Source of the DNA: an uncultured Bacillota bacterium
GTDB lineage: Bacteria; Sysuimicrobiota; Sysuimicrobiia; Sysuimicrobiales; Segetimicrobiaceae
Direction of reading: 5' to 3'
Length of the DNA: 64,000 bases
Assembly: GCA_963804645.1 (NCBI GenBank)
Contig: CAWDRG010000018.1
Location: forward strand, 46,116-110,115
A model generated the notes under the pieces. The model was given only the letters and a program-made list of their open reading frames with translations. It had not been told where the DNA came from and searched no databases. Positions 1-8,879 of the stretch are shown one piece after another; positions within the stretch are counted from its first letter, which is position 1, and each line of letters starts with the position of its first letter. A program made the translations under genes and the position numbers.

Positions 1-456
1 TTTCTGCGTCACGAAGACGATCGCCGTGTGATGCTGCTGCGCCAGTCCCGCGAGGCGCGCGAGCGCGGCCAGCGGCAGCGCGGCGGAGTCGTGCAGGTCC
101 AGGACCAGCAGGCCGAAGGCCCCCGATCGCGCGAGCCGGTCGGCACTTCGCGCCGCGGCGATCGTATCGGGGACCCGGATGACCACGAGCGTCTCGAGGT
201 CCACGCCGCTTTCGGCCACGTCCACGGGGTAGAAGATCCGGTCGGCGGGGGTGATCCACGCGGCGATCTCACCGCGCTGTTGGGCATCCAGAATGAGCCG
301 CGTCGCCATCGTCAAACCGGCGGTGTCTCCCAGGCCGGAAAACTCGCTCAACTGGCTCTTGAGTGCGGCAAGCGTCAGCGTGCCGGGGGAACGGGGTTCG
401 GTGAGATGCGGGAACGATGACAGGTATTTCAGCAGTTCTCGCTCGGGGGCCGGCAT
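1..456 (-). CDS. ImuA/RecA-like SOS mutagenesis protein, partial (runs off the window edge)
   Basis: Read by hand (absent from ORF track): MPAPERELL...SEFSGLGDTAGLTMATRLILDAQQRGEIAAWI...DVAESGVDLETLVVIRV...RSGAFGLLVLDL; RecA-fold pattern with degenerate Walker A; SOS box upstream. Confidence 0.75.
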   Translation of the reverse strand, partial: MPAPERELLKYLSSFPHLTEPRSPGTLTLAALKSQLSEFSGLGDTAGLTMATRLILDAQQRGEIAAWITPADRIFYPVDVAESGVDLETLVVIRVPDTIAAARSADRLARSGAFGLLVLDLHDSAALPLAALARLAGLAQQHHTAIVFVTQK

Positions 457-541
457 AGGGATATCCGTTGTGAGACCTGACCCTCTTGGCACGGCGTTGA
501 GTCTCGGTGAGGGAGGCCCGAATCTAGTCCAGTATGTATAT

Positions 542-555
542 CGTACATATGTTCG
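542..555 (-). promoter_or_regulatory. LexA (SOS) box overlapping the promoter of the imuA-like gene
   Basis: Minus strand CGAACATATGTACG (GAAC-N4-GTAC), overlapping TTGCAT(569-564)-N18-TACGAT(545-540). Confidence 0.75.
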
Positions 556-708
556 GTATTGTTATGCAAGAGGGATTTTTGGGATTTCTTAGCCTAATGC
601 AGGCCTGTCGGATCACCAGACCCTATTCGAGCCCATGCGGCTCTCGATCCATGAGCCTCTCATGGGGATTAACTATTACGGAGCGGACGTACATCGTCGA
701 CGCGATCC

Positions 709-1995
709 ATGCTTGATTCCTTCGACGCGCGAACCCTCGCCGGGTTCGTGGTATTTCTTTCGGTCATCGCGCTCGTGGTTGCGAGGCCGCGGGGCCTCAA
801 CGAGGCCTGGCCCGCGGCCGCCGGGGCCGCGGCGCTGCTTGTCCTCGGCGTTCTGCGGCCGGTCGATCTGCTCATCGTGGGCCGGGAGACCGGCGGCGTC
901 CTGCTGTTTCTGCTCGGGATGATGATCGTCTCGGGAGTCCTGGACCTCGCGGGAGTGTTCGCCTGGGCCGCGTCCTACGCCGTCCACGCGAGCGGCACGA
1001 GCGGCCGGCGGCTGCTCGTCAACGTCTTTGTGCTCGGCGCCGTGGTCACGGGGCTGCTCTCGCTTGACGTCACCGTCGTCATCCTGACGCCGGTCGTCTA
1101 CGCTGCGGTTACCGCACTCGAGATCGATCCGCTGCCGTACCTGTACGCGTGCGCCTTCGTCGCCAACACCGGGTCGCTCGTGTTTCCGATGAGCAATCTC
1201 ACCAATCTGTTGGTCGTGGACCGTCTGCGTCTGCCGTTCTGGCCGTTTGCGTGGACGATGGCGATCCCCAACGCCGTCGCCGTGGCGGCGAACATCGCCC
1301 TGTTCCTGTGGCTGTTCCGTGACCGCCTTCAAAAGACGCTCGTCCCTCCGGCCGCGCTCGCCATCACCGGGGTCCACGACCCCTTCTTCCGCCGCTCCCT
1401 GGCTGTGCTCGGGCTCGTGCTGGCCGGGTTGTTCCTGTCCGGCTTGGGCGCGCGCCCGCTCTGGCCGGTCGCCCTCGCGGGGGCGCTCGTGCTCCTGTGC
1501 GCGGCCCGCGCGGCGGGGGTGCCCGTGGCCGGCGCCGTGATGCGCGAAGTGCCCTGGTCCCTGTTTCCGTTCGTGTGGGGGATGGCCGCGATCGTCCGCG
1601 GCGTCGAGCACGCCGGGCTCACGACCGAGCTGGCCCGGTTCGTGCTCGGCCACTCCGGCGGGTCTGTCGGGGATCTCGTCGCGGCCGGCGGGATCAGCGC
1701 GCTCGGCGCGAATCTGTTCAACAACATTCCGATGACGCTGGTGATGTTGGGCGTGCTCGCCGGCGGCGCCCGCCCGGAGCTCGGCGGGCTCGTGGCGGCG
1801 ACGCTGATCGGCGTCAACATCGGCCCGGCGCTCATCCCCGTCGGCTCGCTCGCCACCATCCTGTGGCTTGCGATCGTGCGCCGGCGCGGCATCGACGTCC
1901 CCGTGCTGCAGTATCTGCGCATCAGCGCGGTCACGGTGCCGCTGGTTCTCGCGGCGGCGCTCGCCGCGCTGGTCCTCGAGCGGCTTGTGCGGTAG
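709..1995 (+). CDS. ArsB/NhaD-family (IT superfamily) membrane transporter
   Basis: Polytopic; motifs RPRGLNEAW, LSLDVTVVILTP, ANTGSLVFPMSNLTNL, NNIP, IGVNIGP..GSLATILW. Confidence 0.85.
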   Translation: MLDSFDARTLAGFVVFLSVIALVVARPRGLNEAWPAAAGAAALLVLGVLRPVDLLIVGRETGGVLLFLLGMMIVSGVLDLAGVFAWAASYAVHASGTSGRRLLVNVFVLGAVVTGLLSLDVTVVILTPVVYAAVTALEIDPLPYLYACAFVANTGSLVFPMSNLTNLLVVDRLRLPFWPFAWTMAIPNAVAVAANIALFLWLFRDRLQKTLVPPAALAITGVHDPFFRRSLAVLGLVLAGLFLSGLGARPLWPVALAGALVLLCAARAAGVPVAGAVMREVPWSLFPFVWGMAAIVRGVEHAGLTTELARFVLGHSGGSVGDLVAAGGISALGANLFNNIPMTLVMLGVLAGGARPELGGLVAATLIGVNIGPALIPVGSLATILWLAIVRRRGIDVPVLQYLRISAVTVPLVLAAALAALVLERLVR

Positions 1996-2026
1996 GGCGA
2001 CGGTCCGCGGATCCGCGCAGGCCGCG

Positions 2027-2166
2027 GTCAGGGGGAGCGGATCGAGCGGCTGTCCGTCCCGCCGTAGTTCGAAGAACAGGTGTGGCCCGGTGCTCCATCC
2101 GGTGCTGCCGACCCGGCCGATGATCTGGCCGCACCGCACGCGGTCTCCGACCCGGACATCGTACGA
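2027..2166 (-). repeat. Diverged, truncated copy of the 3' end of the M23 gene (partner copy 3181-3322)
   Basis: Encodes SYDVRVGDRVRCGQIIGRVGSTGWSTGPHLFFELRRDGQPLDP versus ...RRGQVIGRVGSTGWSTGPHLFFELRQDGQPLDP. Confidence 0.9.
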
Positions 2167-2309
2167 TGTCTGGACGAAGATGCGGTGGAGGAGTTGCTAG
2201 ACAGGACGATTGGTAAGCGACGGGTCTATCTGCTGGTAAGACGGTTTCGACGGGGACGTGCGTGACTCTCGAATTACGTGACTCTACCTTCAGCGAGCGG
2301 CTTCGACCA

Positions 2310-2735
2310 TCATGCAGGCAGGATGCGAAATCCGAGCTCTCTTGCGGCACCGCGGAGACGGTCATCCAGGCTGAGAAATTCTAGACCTCGGATGGCTCGG
2401 CGTCCGGCCAGCGCGCTCGCGAGGTGGAGGGCGTCGAGCGTTCGGATCGGTTCCCGCGGGAGTGGACGGCGTGCACGTTCGAGCACTTCGTCGCCGAGCC
2501 GGAGCAGGGTCCATTGGCTGGCGGCCTCATTCAGTGCTGCACGACACTGGGCGGCATCACCTTCTTCGAGCGCGTTGAGGACAGTCGACCGAATTAGGAC
2601 GCGGTCGCACTCGACCAGGGTCAGCTCGGATGTGACTACGATGTCGGCACCGGCAATGGCGTCCCTCACAGAACCGCCCTCGGGTTCACCCAGGAGCCAC
2701 GAGAGCACCGCGCTTGACTCCGCGTACACGCTCAC
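2310..2735 (-). CDS. vapC: VapC-family PIN-domain toxin
   Basis: VYAESSAVLSWLLGE start, RTLDALHLASA, SLDDRL; overlaps antitoxin stop. Confidence 0.85.
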   Translation of the reverse strand: MSVYAESSAVLSWLLGEPEGGSVRDAIAGADIVVTSELTLVECDRVLIRSTVLNALEEGDAAQCRAALNEAASQWTLLRLGDEVLERARRPLPREPIRTLDALHLASALAGRRAIRGLEFLSLDDRLRGAARELGFRILPA

Positions 2736-3025
2736 CGAGCGCCTCGTTCCTGGTCGAGTAGCTCCCGGGAGGTGATCCCTCTGAGACGGTGTGGCATGAT
2801 CGGATAGCGAGTCGCGTCGTTCTGACCGCCTGCGGACGCGAGCCCCCGCCTCACGAGATCTCCGAGCCCCGGTGGGAGGTTGCTGAGTCCGCTCAGGTCA
2901 CCAGGCGGACCAACCTGCGCCACAACTTTCCCTCGATCTGTAACCAATACCGTCTCTCCCTGCCGCACGCGACGGAGGTACTCGCTGAGCCGGTTCTTCA
3001 ACTCGCGGACCCCAACGACAATCAT
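2732..3025 (-). CDS. Phd/YefM-family antitoxin
   Basis: MIVVGVRELKNRLSEYLRRVRQGETVLVTDRGKVVA. Confidence 0.9.
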   Translation of the reverse strand: MIVVGVRELKNRLSEYLRRVRQGETVLVTDRGKVVAQVGPPGDLSGLSNLPPGLGDLVRRGLASAGGQNDATRYPIMPHRLRGITSRELLDQERGAR

Positions 3026-3032
3026 GGGCAAA

Positions 3033-3062
3033 ATTGTAGCATCATGTGGCTACATTTTTCAA
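3033..3062 (-). promoter_or_regulatory. TA promoter with palindromic operator
   Basis: Minus TTGAAA-N18-TACAAT with TG extension, 7 nt before ATG; inverted repeat TGTAGC-N8-GCTACA at 3035-3054. Confidence 0.65.
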
Positions 3063-3181
3063 GCATCAGAATTTGCACAGAAACTGCCACTGCCGTCGGG
3101 TTCACCGCTGGCGGGGCATCGACGTCTCATGTCTCTGCGCATCACCGCGGTCGCGGGTTCACTGGCCCGTTGGCGTCGCGG

Positions 3182-5296
3182 TCAGGGCTCAAGCGGATCC
3201 AGCGGCTGCCCATCCTGCCGCAGTTCGAAGAACAGGTGCGGACCCGTACTCCATCCGGTGCTGCCGACCCGGCCGATGACCTGGCCGCGCCGCACACGGT
3301 CTCCGACGCGGACGTCGTACGACGAGAGATGCGAGTAGGTGGTCGACACGCCGTTGCCATGGTTGAGGACGATGAGCTTTCCGTTCGCGGGCATCTCGCC
3401 GGTGAAGATCACCGTGCCGTCGTCCGCGGCCTCGACGGGCGCTCCCCACGACGCCGCGATATCGATCCCAGTGTGAAACTCCGGCGTGTGAAAGATGGGA
3501 TGAACGCGCCACCCGTACCCGGAACTGACGGTCCCCTCGACCGGCCACGCGAGGCCGTCGTTCGGGAAGGAGGGGATCGCGCCGCCGTGCGGCCCCGGCG
3601 CCGCGCCGACGGCGATGGCGCGAATCTCTTCCGACTCGGCGTTGAGTTGGGCGAGTACCTCGCGCTCCTGCTCGACGATCCGCGCGCGCTGCGGATCGTC
3701 GGACTCAATCCGGACCGGCGCGGCGGCCTCGATCAACGGCGACCGGGACGGCGTGGGTCCTGCGTCCGGGCCGCTCGACATCGCGGACGACGGGGTCCCC
3801 CGCGTCTCGATCGCGACCGCGGCCGGCAGTCCACCCGGGAGCTGACCGCGCCCCGCGTTCTGGTCGAGGCCGATCTGGACCTCTACGGTCCGGTCCGTGC
3901 GTCCCGGGCCCGCGCCGACGCGCAGTACCCGGCCGAGCCAGACGTGTCCCGCATACCCGTCCACCGTCACCAGTGCCGCGCTGCCGACGCGGATCTTCGG
4001 AGCCGCCGCCGGGGGCACGTCCGCCGCCACCCAGGTCCGTCCCTGGATCGACAGGGCCATCAGGGTCTGGCCGCGGTGCACCGCTTCGCCTGCGGCGGCG
4101 GTGCTGCCCGTCACCCACCCGTCCACCGGGGCTCGGATGACGGTCTCGCCGAGGGCGACCTTGGCGGCTTCCAACGCGCGGTCGGCATCCACGGCCGCGA
4201 GCTGGGCGGCGGCCAGCGCCTGGGCGCGGAGCTGCGCGTCGGCGATCGTCGCCTCCGCTTGGCGCGTCAGCCGATCCTCGGAGGCGGCCGCCGCGTGCAC
4301 GACGGGCTGCGTCGACCGGGGCGTTGCGTGTGCGGCCGCGAGCTGCGCCTGCGCCACCCGCACGGCGGCGGTGGCCGCGTCGACGCGGGCCGACGCCGCG
4401 TCAGACGCCGCGGTGTCCGTGTCGACTTGATGCGCCGGAATCGCGCCGTCTGCGAGCAGGGTCCGATCCCGCGCGAGGCGCTGCGCCGCTGCGGCCTGGG
4501 CGGTTTCGGCCGTATCCAGCGCCGTCTGGGCCGCCGCGAGCGCGGCACTGGCCCGGGTCGCCGCGCGTCCATCCGGGGCGACGGGCGTCATCGTCGAGGA
4601 CGGAGCGGCCGCCGCGGTCTGAGCGTCGCGCACCGCCGCGGCAGCGCCAGCCGCCTGCGCGCGGGCCGCATCCAGGGCCTGCGAGTCGGCGGCCATCTCC
4701 CGCGGCGAGATCAATCCCTCTGCCAGGAGTGCGCTGTCGCGATCGAGCGTCTGCTGCGCCGCCGCGACCTGCGCGTCGGCGATCCGCCGCACGCGGGTTT
4801 CCGCGGCGGCCGCCTGCCGCTCGGCCTCGACGAACGCGGGTGGGGCGGACGCTGCGGCGTGCGGTGTGTGCAGGGGCGTGACGCGCAGCGGCGCGGCGCG
4901 CAGCGTCGTCAGTGCCGCGCGCACCTGGCTGCTGGCGGCGCGTTCCTGTGCCGCCAGCGCGGTCAACGAATCGCGGACGCGGGCGCGCGCCGCGCGGCTC
5001 TGCGCCGCGGCGCGCGCCAGGGCGGACCGCTCGTGCGCGGTGCTCAACGCGATCAGCACGGTCCCCGCCGTGACGTACTGACGGTCGACGGCGCGGACGC
5101 TGACCACCGTGCCGGCGATCGGCGCGCGCACCGGGGCGAACACGCCGGCGGTGCGCCCGCGGTCGGCCACGATGAGCCCCTGGGACGGCTGTCGCACCGT
5201 CCCCGTGCCCAGCAGCGCCGCGAGCAGCGCGACGCCGAGCAGCACCGCCGCGTACCGGGCCGCGCGCGGATGTGTGCACCACTGCCTCATGCGCAT
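3182..5296 (-). CDS. HlyD/EmrA-type membrane-fusion protein fused to a C-terminal M23 peptidase
   Basis: N-terminal TM, lipoyl half-motifs (VRAPIAGTV, IRAPVDGWV), Ala-rich coiled coils, beta-barrel, then HTGIDI...YSHL...STGPHL; AGGAG upstream of ATG 5296. Confidence 0.8.
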   Translation of the reverse strand: MRMRQWCTHPRAARYAAVLLGVALLAALLGTGTVRQPSQGLIVADRGRTAGVFAPVRAPIAGTVVSVRAVDRQYVTAGTVLIALSTAHERSALARAAAQSRAARARVRDSLTALAAQERAASSQVRAALTTLRAAPLRVTPLHTPHAAASAPPAFVEAERQAAAAETRVRRIADAQVAAAQQTLDRDSALLAEGLISPREMAADSQALDAARAQAAGAAAAVRDAQTAAAAPSSTMTPVAPDGRAATRASAALAAAQTALDTAETAQAAAAQRLARDRTLLADGAIPAHQVDTDTAASDAASARVDAATAAVRVAQAQLAAAHATPRSTQPVVHAAAASEDRLTRQAEATIADAQLRAQALAAAQLAAVDADRALEAAKVALGETVIRAPVDGWVTGSTAAAGEAVHRGQTLMALSIQGRTWVAADVPPAAAPKIRVGSAALVTVDGYAGHVWLGRVLRVGAGPGRTDRTVEVQIGLDQNAGRGQLPGGLPAAVAIETRGTPSSAMSSGPDAGPTPSRSPLIEAAAPVRIESDDPQRARIVEQEREVLAQLNAESEEIRAIAVGAAPGPHGGAIPSFPNDGLAWPVEGTVSSGYGWRVHPIFHTPEFHTGIDIAASWGAPVEAADDGTVIFTGEMPANGKLIVLNHGNGVSTTYSHLSSYDVRVGDRVRRGQVIGRVGSTGWSTGPHLFFELRQDGQPLDPLEP

Positions 5297-5456
5297 ACGG
5301 GATTGTTCTCCTGCTGCGGCGGCCGTCACGGCGGCCTGATGCCGGCCGGTGACGCCCATCCCCGTCGAAGAGCGCCGTCGCGGGGGATGACGCCCATCAA
5401 TTCTAGCATTCCCGCGTCGCCCCGTGCCTCTCGCGGGGGGCGCCGAGGGCTCCGGT

Positions 5457-6200
5457 TCAGCCCAGGACCTCGTAGCCCTTGCCCAGGTAGGCCGATCTGA
5501 CCCCCGGATGGGCCAGCAGCTCATCCGGCCGGCCCCGGAGGACGATCCGGCCGCGCTCCATGATGCACAGTCGGCCGGCGATCGTCATCGCGGCCTTGAG
5601 GTTTTGTTCGACGAGCACCACGGCCAGGCCCTCGGCCGCGCACAGCTGCGCGAGCGTCCGCATGATCTCCCGCACCACGCGAGGCGCGAGGCCGAGCGAC
5701 GGCTCGTCGAGCAGCAGCACCCGGGGCCGCGCCATCAATCCCCGGCCGATCGCCAGCATCTGCTGTTCGCCGCCGCTGAGATGGCCGCCGAGGCGGTGGA
5801 CCAGCTCGCCGAGCCTGGGAAACAGGCGCAGCGGGTAGGCGATGTCCGCCCGCACGCCGCGGCGGTCGTGCCAGTACCGGTGATAGCCGCCGAGGATCAG
5901 GTGTTCCTCCACCGTGAGGTCGTTCCAGATCTGCCGCCGTTCCGGGACGAGGCACAGCCCGAGCGGGACGATCTGCTCGGCCGGCCATCCCGTCACGTCG
6001 CGTCCCGCGAGGCGGACCCGCCCGGCCGACGGCGGGTACACCCCGGCGATCGCACCGACCAGCGTCGATTTCCCGGCCCCGTTCGGGCCGGTGATCGCGA
6101 GCACCTCGCCGGCCGACACGTCGAGATCGATCGCGCGCAGCACCTCGACGCGCCCGCGGCGCGCGTCCATCCCGGAGACGTCCAAGAGGGGAGCGGTCAC
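5457..6200 (-). CDS. livF: Branched-chain-amino-acid-type ABC ATPase (LivF-like)
   Basis: GPNGAGKS, LSGGEQQMLAIGR, LLLDEPSLGLAP; GTG start inferred. Confidence 0.9.
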   Translation of the reverse strand: MTAPLLDVSGMDARRGRVEVLRAIDLDVSAGEVLAITGPNGAGKSTLVGAIAGVYPPSAGRVRLAGRDVTGWPAEQIVPLGLCLVPERRQIWNDLTVEEHLILGGYHRYWHDRRGVRADIAYPLRLFPRLGELVHRLGGHLSGGEQQMLAIGRGLMARPRVLLLDEPSLGLAPRVVREIMRTLAQLCAAEGLAVVLVEQNLKAAMTIAGRLCIMERGRIVLRGRPDELLAHPGVRSAYLGKGYEVLG

Positions 6201-7000
6201 GCGCGCGTCCCGTCCGCGTCGTCGGGGTCGTCCCCGAGATACGCGGCGATCACCCGCGGGTCGCGCTGGATCTCCGCCGGGGTGCCGTCCGCGATCTTCT
6301 CGCCGTAGTCCAGCACCACGACCCGGTCGGCCGCGTCCATGACCACGTCCATGTTGTGCTCGATGATCACGAACGTCATCCCGCCGGCGCGCAGCGACCG
6401 GATCACCGCGAGCAGGCGCTCCGCCTCTGCGGTGCTGAGGCCCGCCGCGGGCTCGTCGAGCAGCAGGAGCGACGGGCGCGCCGCGATCGCCCGCGCGATC
6501 TCGAGCAGGCGCTGCTGGCCGACCGGGAGATCCCGCGCCGGATCCAACGCGCGCGCGGCGAGGCCAACCCGCGCGAGGCCCTCCAGCGCGGCGTCGCGCA
6601 CGACGCGGTCCTCCCGCGCGGCGGAGCGCAGCCCGAGCGCCGCGGCGGCGAGCCCCGTGTGCGTCCAGCGGTGGCACCCGACCATGACGTTCTCGGCGAC
6701 GCTCATCTCGTCGAAGATCATGAGGTTCTGAAACGTCCGGATGACGCCGAGGGCGGCGACCGCCTCCGGGGCCCAGCTCGTGATGCGGCGGCCGTCGAAC
6801 CGCACCTCGCCCGAGGTCGGCCGCAGCAGTCCGGTGACCGCGTTGAACAGCGTCGTCTTGCCCGCGCCGTTCGGTCCGATCACGGCCACGATCTCGCGAC
6901 GCGCCACCGTGAACGTTACGCGGTCGACGGCGGTGACGCCGCCGAACCGGCGCGTGAGCGCGTCGACCTCGAGCAGCGCTTCGGCGGGGGAGCCGCTCAT
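6197..7000 (-). CDS. livG: ABC ATPase (LivG-like)
   Basis: GPNGAGKTT, LLLDEPAAGL, IEHNMDVVM, VIAAYLG. Confidence 0.9.
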   Translation of the reverse strand: MSGSPAEALLEVDALTRRFGGVTAVDRVTFTVARREIVAVIGPNGAGKTTLFNAVTGLLRPTSGEVRFDGRRITSWAPEAVAALGVIRTFQNLMIFDEMSVAENVMVGCHRWTHTGLAAAALGLRSAAREDRVVRDAALEGLARVGLAARALDPARDLPVGQQRLLEIARAIAARPSLLLLDEPAAGLSTAEAERLLAVIRSLRAGGMTFVIIEHNMDVVMDAADRVVVLDYGEKIADGTPAEIQRDPRVIAAYLGDDPDDADGTRA

Positions 7001-7986
7001 GTCTCGCCGCCGGCCTCGCGGCGGGTCCGTCCGAGGTCGAGCGCCCGGCGCACGAGCCCCGCGGGAAAGAAGAGCATGATCACGATGAGCAGGATCCCGT
7101 AGATCGCGGTTTGGTACTCGCCGCCGACCCGCGGGAAGACGAGGGGCATCTCGGCGCGAATCACCTGGTCGAGGACGGTCACGGCCGCCGCACCGACGAG
7201 GCCGCCCCAGATGTTGGTCAGGCCGCCGACGACCGCCATCACCAAGAAGAACAGCGAGGCATACAGCGAAAACGGGGAAGGCGAGATGAACCGCACGTAG
7301 TGCGCGTACAGTGCGCCGGCGAGCGCCGCGTACGCCGCGCTCAGGACGAACACCTGCATCTTGTACCGGGCGACGTCGATGCCGAGGGCCGCCGCGCCGA
7401 CCTCGCTGCCGAGGATCGCGCGCAGCGCCCGACCGGTCCGGTGCGACGTCACGTTGCGCGCGACCAGGACCGCGGCGAGCACGCAGGTCCAGACGACGTA
7501 GTAGAATTGGCGGTCCGTGGTGACCCGCAGTCCCCACGCGCCGAGCCCGGGGATGTCCCTGAGGCCGCTGGCCCCGCCCGTCACCGGGACCATCTGGATC
7601 ATGAGGACGTTGACGATAATGCCCACGCCGAGCGTGGCCAGGACGAAGAAGTGGTCGGCCAGGCGCAGTGTCGGAAGGCCCACGAGATACGCCGCCCCGG
7701 CCACGCAGACGATCGCGAGCGGGACCGTCGCGAGCGTCGACCACCCGAGGTCCTTGGCAAGCAGGGCCGAGACGTACGCGCCGATGCCGTAAAACGCCGC
7801 CTGACCGAGCGAGACCTGGCCGCTCGAGCCCAGGAGCACCAGCCCGACGGTCACGATCGCGTACAGGCCGATGATATTGAACAGGGTGAGCGCGTACGCG
7901 CTCGGCGCGGCGACCGGCAGCGCCGCGAGCGCCGCGCCGAGCGCCACGAGCCAGAGCGTCCTACGCCGCCCGCCGCCGCGCGCCAC
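6997..7986 (-). CDS. livM: ABC permease (LivM-like)
   Basis: GQVSLGQAAFYGIGAY, polytopic. Confidence 0.9.
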   Translation of the reverse strand: MARGGGRRRTLWLVALGAALAALPVAAPSAYALTLFNIIGLYAIVTVGLVLLGSSGQVSLGQAAFYGIGAYVSALLAKDLGWSTLATVPLAIVCVAGAAYLVGLPTLRLADHFFVLATLGVGIIVNVLMIQMVPVTGGASGLRDIPGLGAWGLRVTTDRQFYYVVWTCVLAAVLVARNVTSHRTGRALRAILGSEVGAAALGIDVARYKMQVFVLSAAYAALAGALYAHYVRFISPSPFSLYASLFFLVMAVVGGLTNIWGGLVGAAAVTVLDQVIRAEMPLVFPRVGGEYQTAIYGILLIVIMLFFPAGLVRRALDLGRTRREAGGET

Positions 7987-8836
7987 GCAGGAGCCCTTCC
8001 CGCTGCAGGAACAGGACGACGAGGAGCACGAGGAACGTGATCGCGTCGCCGTAGCCCGGGGTGAGGTAGCCGGTCGTGAGGGTCTCGATCAGCCCGACCG
8101 CGTACCCGCCGACGACCGCCGCGGGGGCGCTGCCGAGCCCGCCGATCACGGCCGCGACGAACCCTTTCAGGCCGAGCGCCAGCCCCATGTCGTACGTGGC
8201 CCCCGAGATCGGGGCGATCACGATGCCCGCGAGCGCGCCGAGCGCCGCACTCAGCGTGAAGGCGAAGAGCGACATCCGGCGCGGGCTGATCCCGACGAGG
8301 CGGCTCGCGAACGCGTTGTCGGCGCACGCGCGCAGCGCGGCCCCCCACACGGTCCGCGTGAAGAAGGCGAAGAGCACCGCGACCACCCCGACCGACAGAC
8401 CGATCGCCCACAGCGCCTGGCGTCCCAGCACGCCGCCGAACAGGATCAGCGGCGGTCCCGGCGTGAACTCGGGCAGCGCGTACGGATCGGCGCCCCACAC
8501 CATGAGCGCGATCCCCCGGTAGACCATCGACGCGCCGAACGTGATGATGATGAGCGTCAGCGGATGTCCGCCGAACGCGGGCTGGACCACGAGCCGTTCG
8601 GTGGCGGCGCCGACCGCCGCGACGGCCGCGACCGCGGCGAGCGCGGCGAGCGCGAGCGGCGCGTGGGTGGCCAGCAGCGTGGCGCAGATCAGCGCGCCCA
8701 GCATCGAGAACTCGCCCTGCGCGAAGTTGAAGATGCCGGTGACGGTATAAATGAGGACGAACCCGAGCGCGACGAGCGCGTAGATGCTCCCGACCGTGAG
8801 CCCGGTCAGGACGAGTTGCGGCAGCAGCGCGAGCAC
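7961..8836 (-). CDS. livH: ABC permease (LivH-like)
   Basis: GSIYALVALGFVLIY..FNFAQGEF. Confidence 0.9.
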   Translation of the reverse strand: MLALLPQLVLTGLTVGSIYALVALGFVLIYTVTGIFNFAQGEFSMLGALICATLLATHAPLALAALAAVAAVAAVGAATERLVVQPAFGGHPLTLIIITFGASMVYRGIALMVWGADPYALPEFTPGPPLILFGGVLGRQALWAIGLSVGVVAVLFAFFTRTVWGAALRACADNAFASRLVGISPRRMSLFAFTLSAALGALAGIVIAPISGATYDMGLALGLKGFVAAVIGGLGSAPAAVVGGYAVGLIETLTTGYLTPGYGDAITFLVLLVVLFLQREGLLRGARRRAA

Positions 8837-8879
8837 GAGGAGCGCGGGGCGGAGCGGGCCGCCACGCGGCCCGGCGCCG

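Noticed and set aside
676..2139. 487-aa ORF starting with an M23 motif
   Set aside because: The duplicated M23 fragment reads through into the antisense of the ArsB-like gene; not a real fusion.
2789..5500. 903-aa plus-strand ORF and many similar Arg/Pro-rich ORFs
   Set aside because: Antisense or off-frame shadows of recognisable genes, with no motifs.
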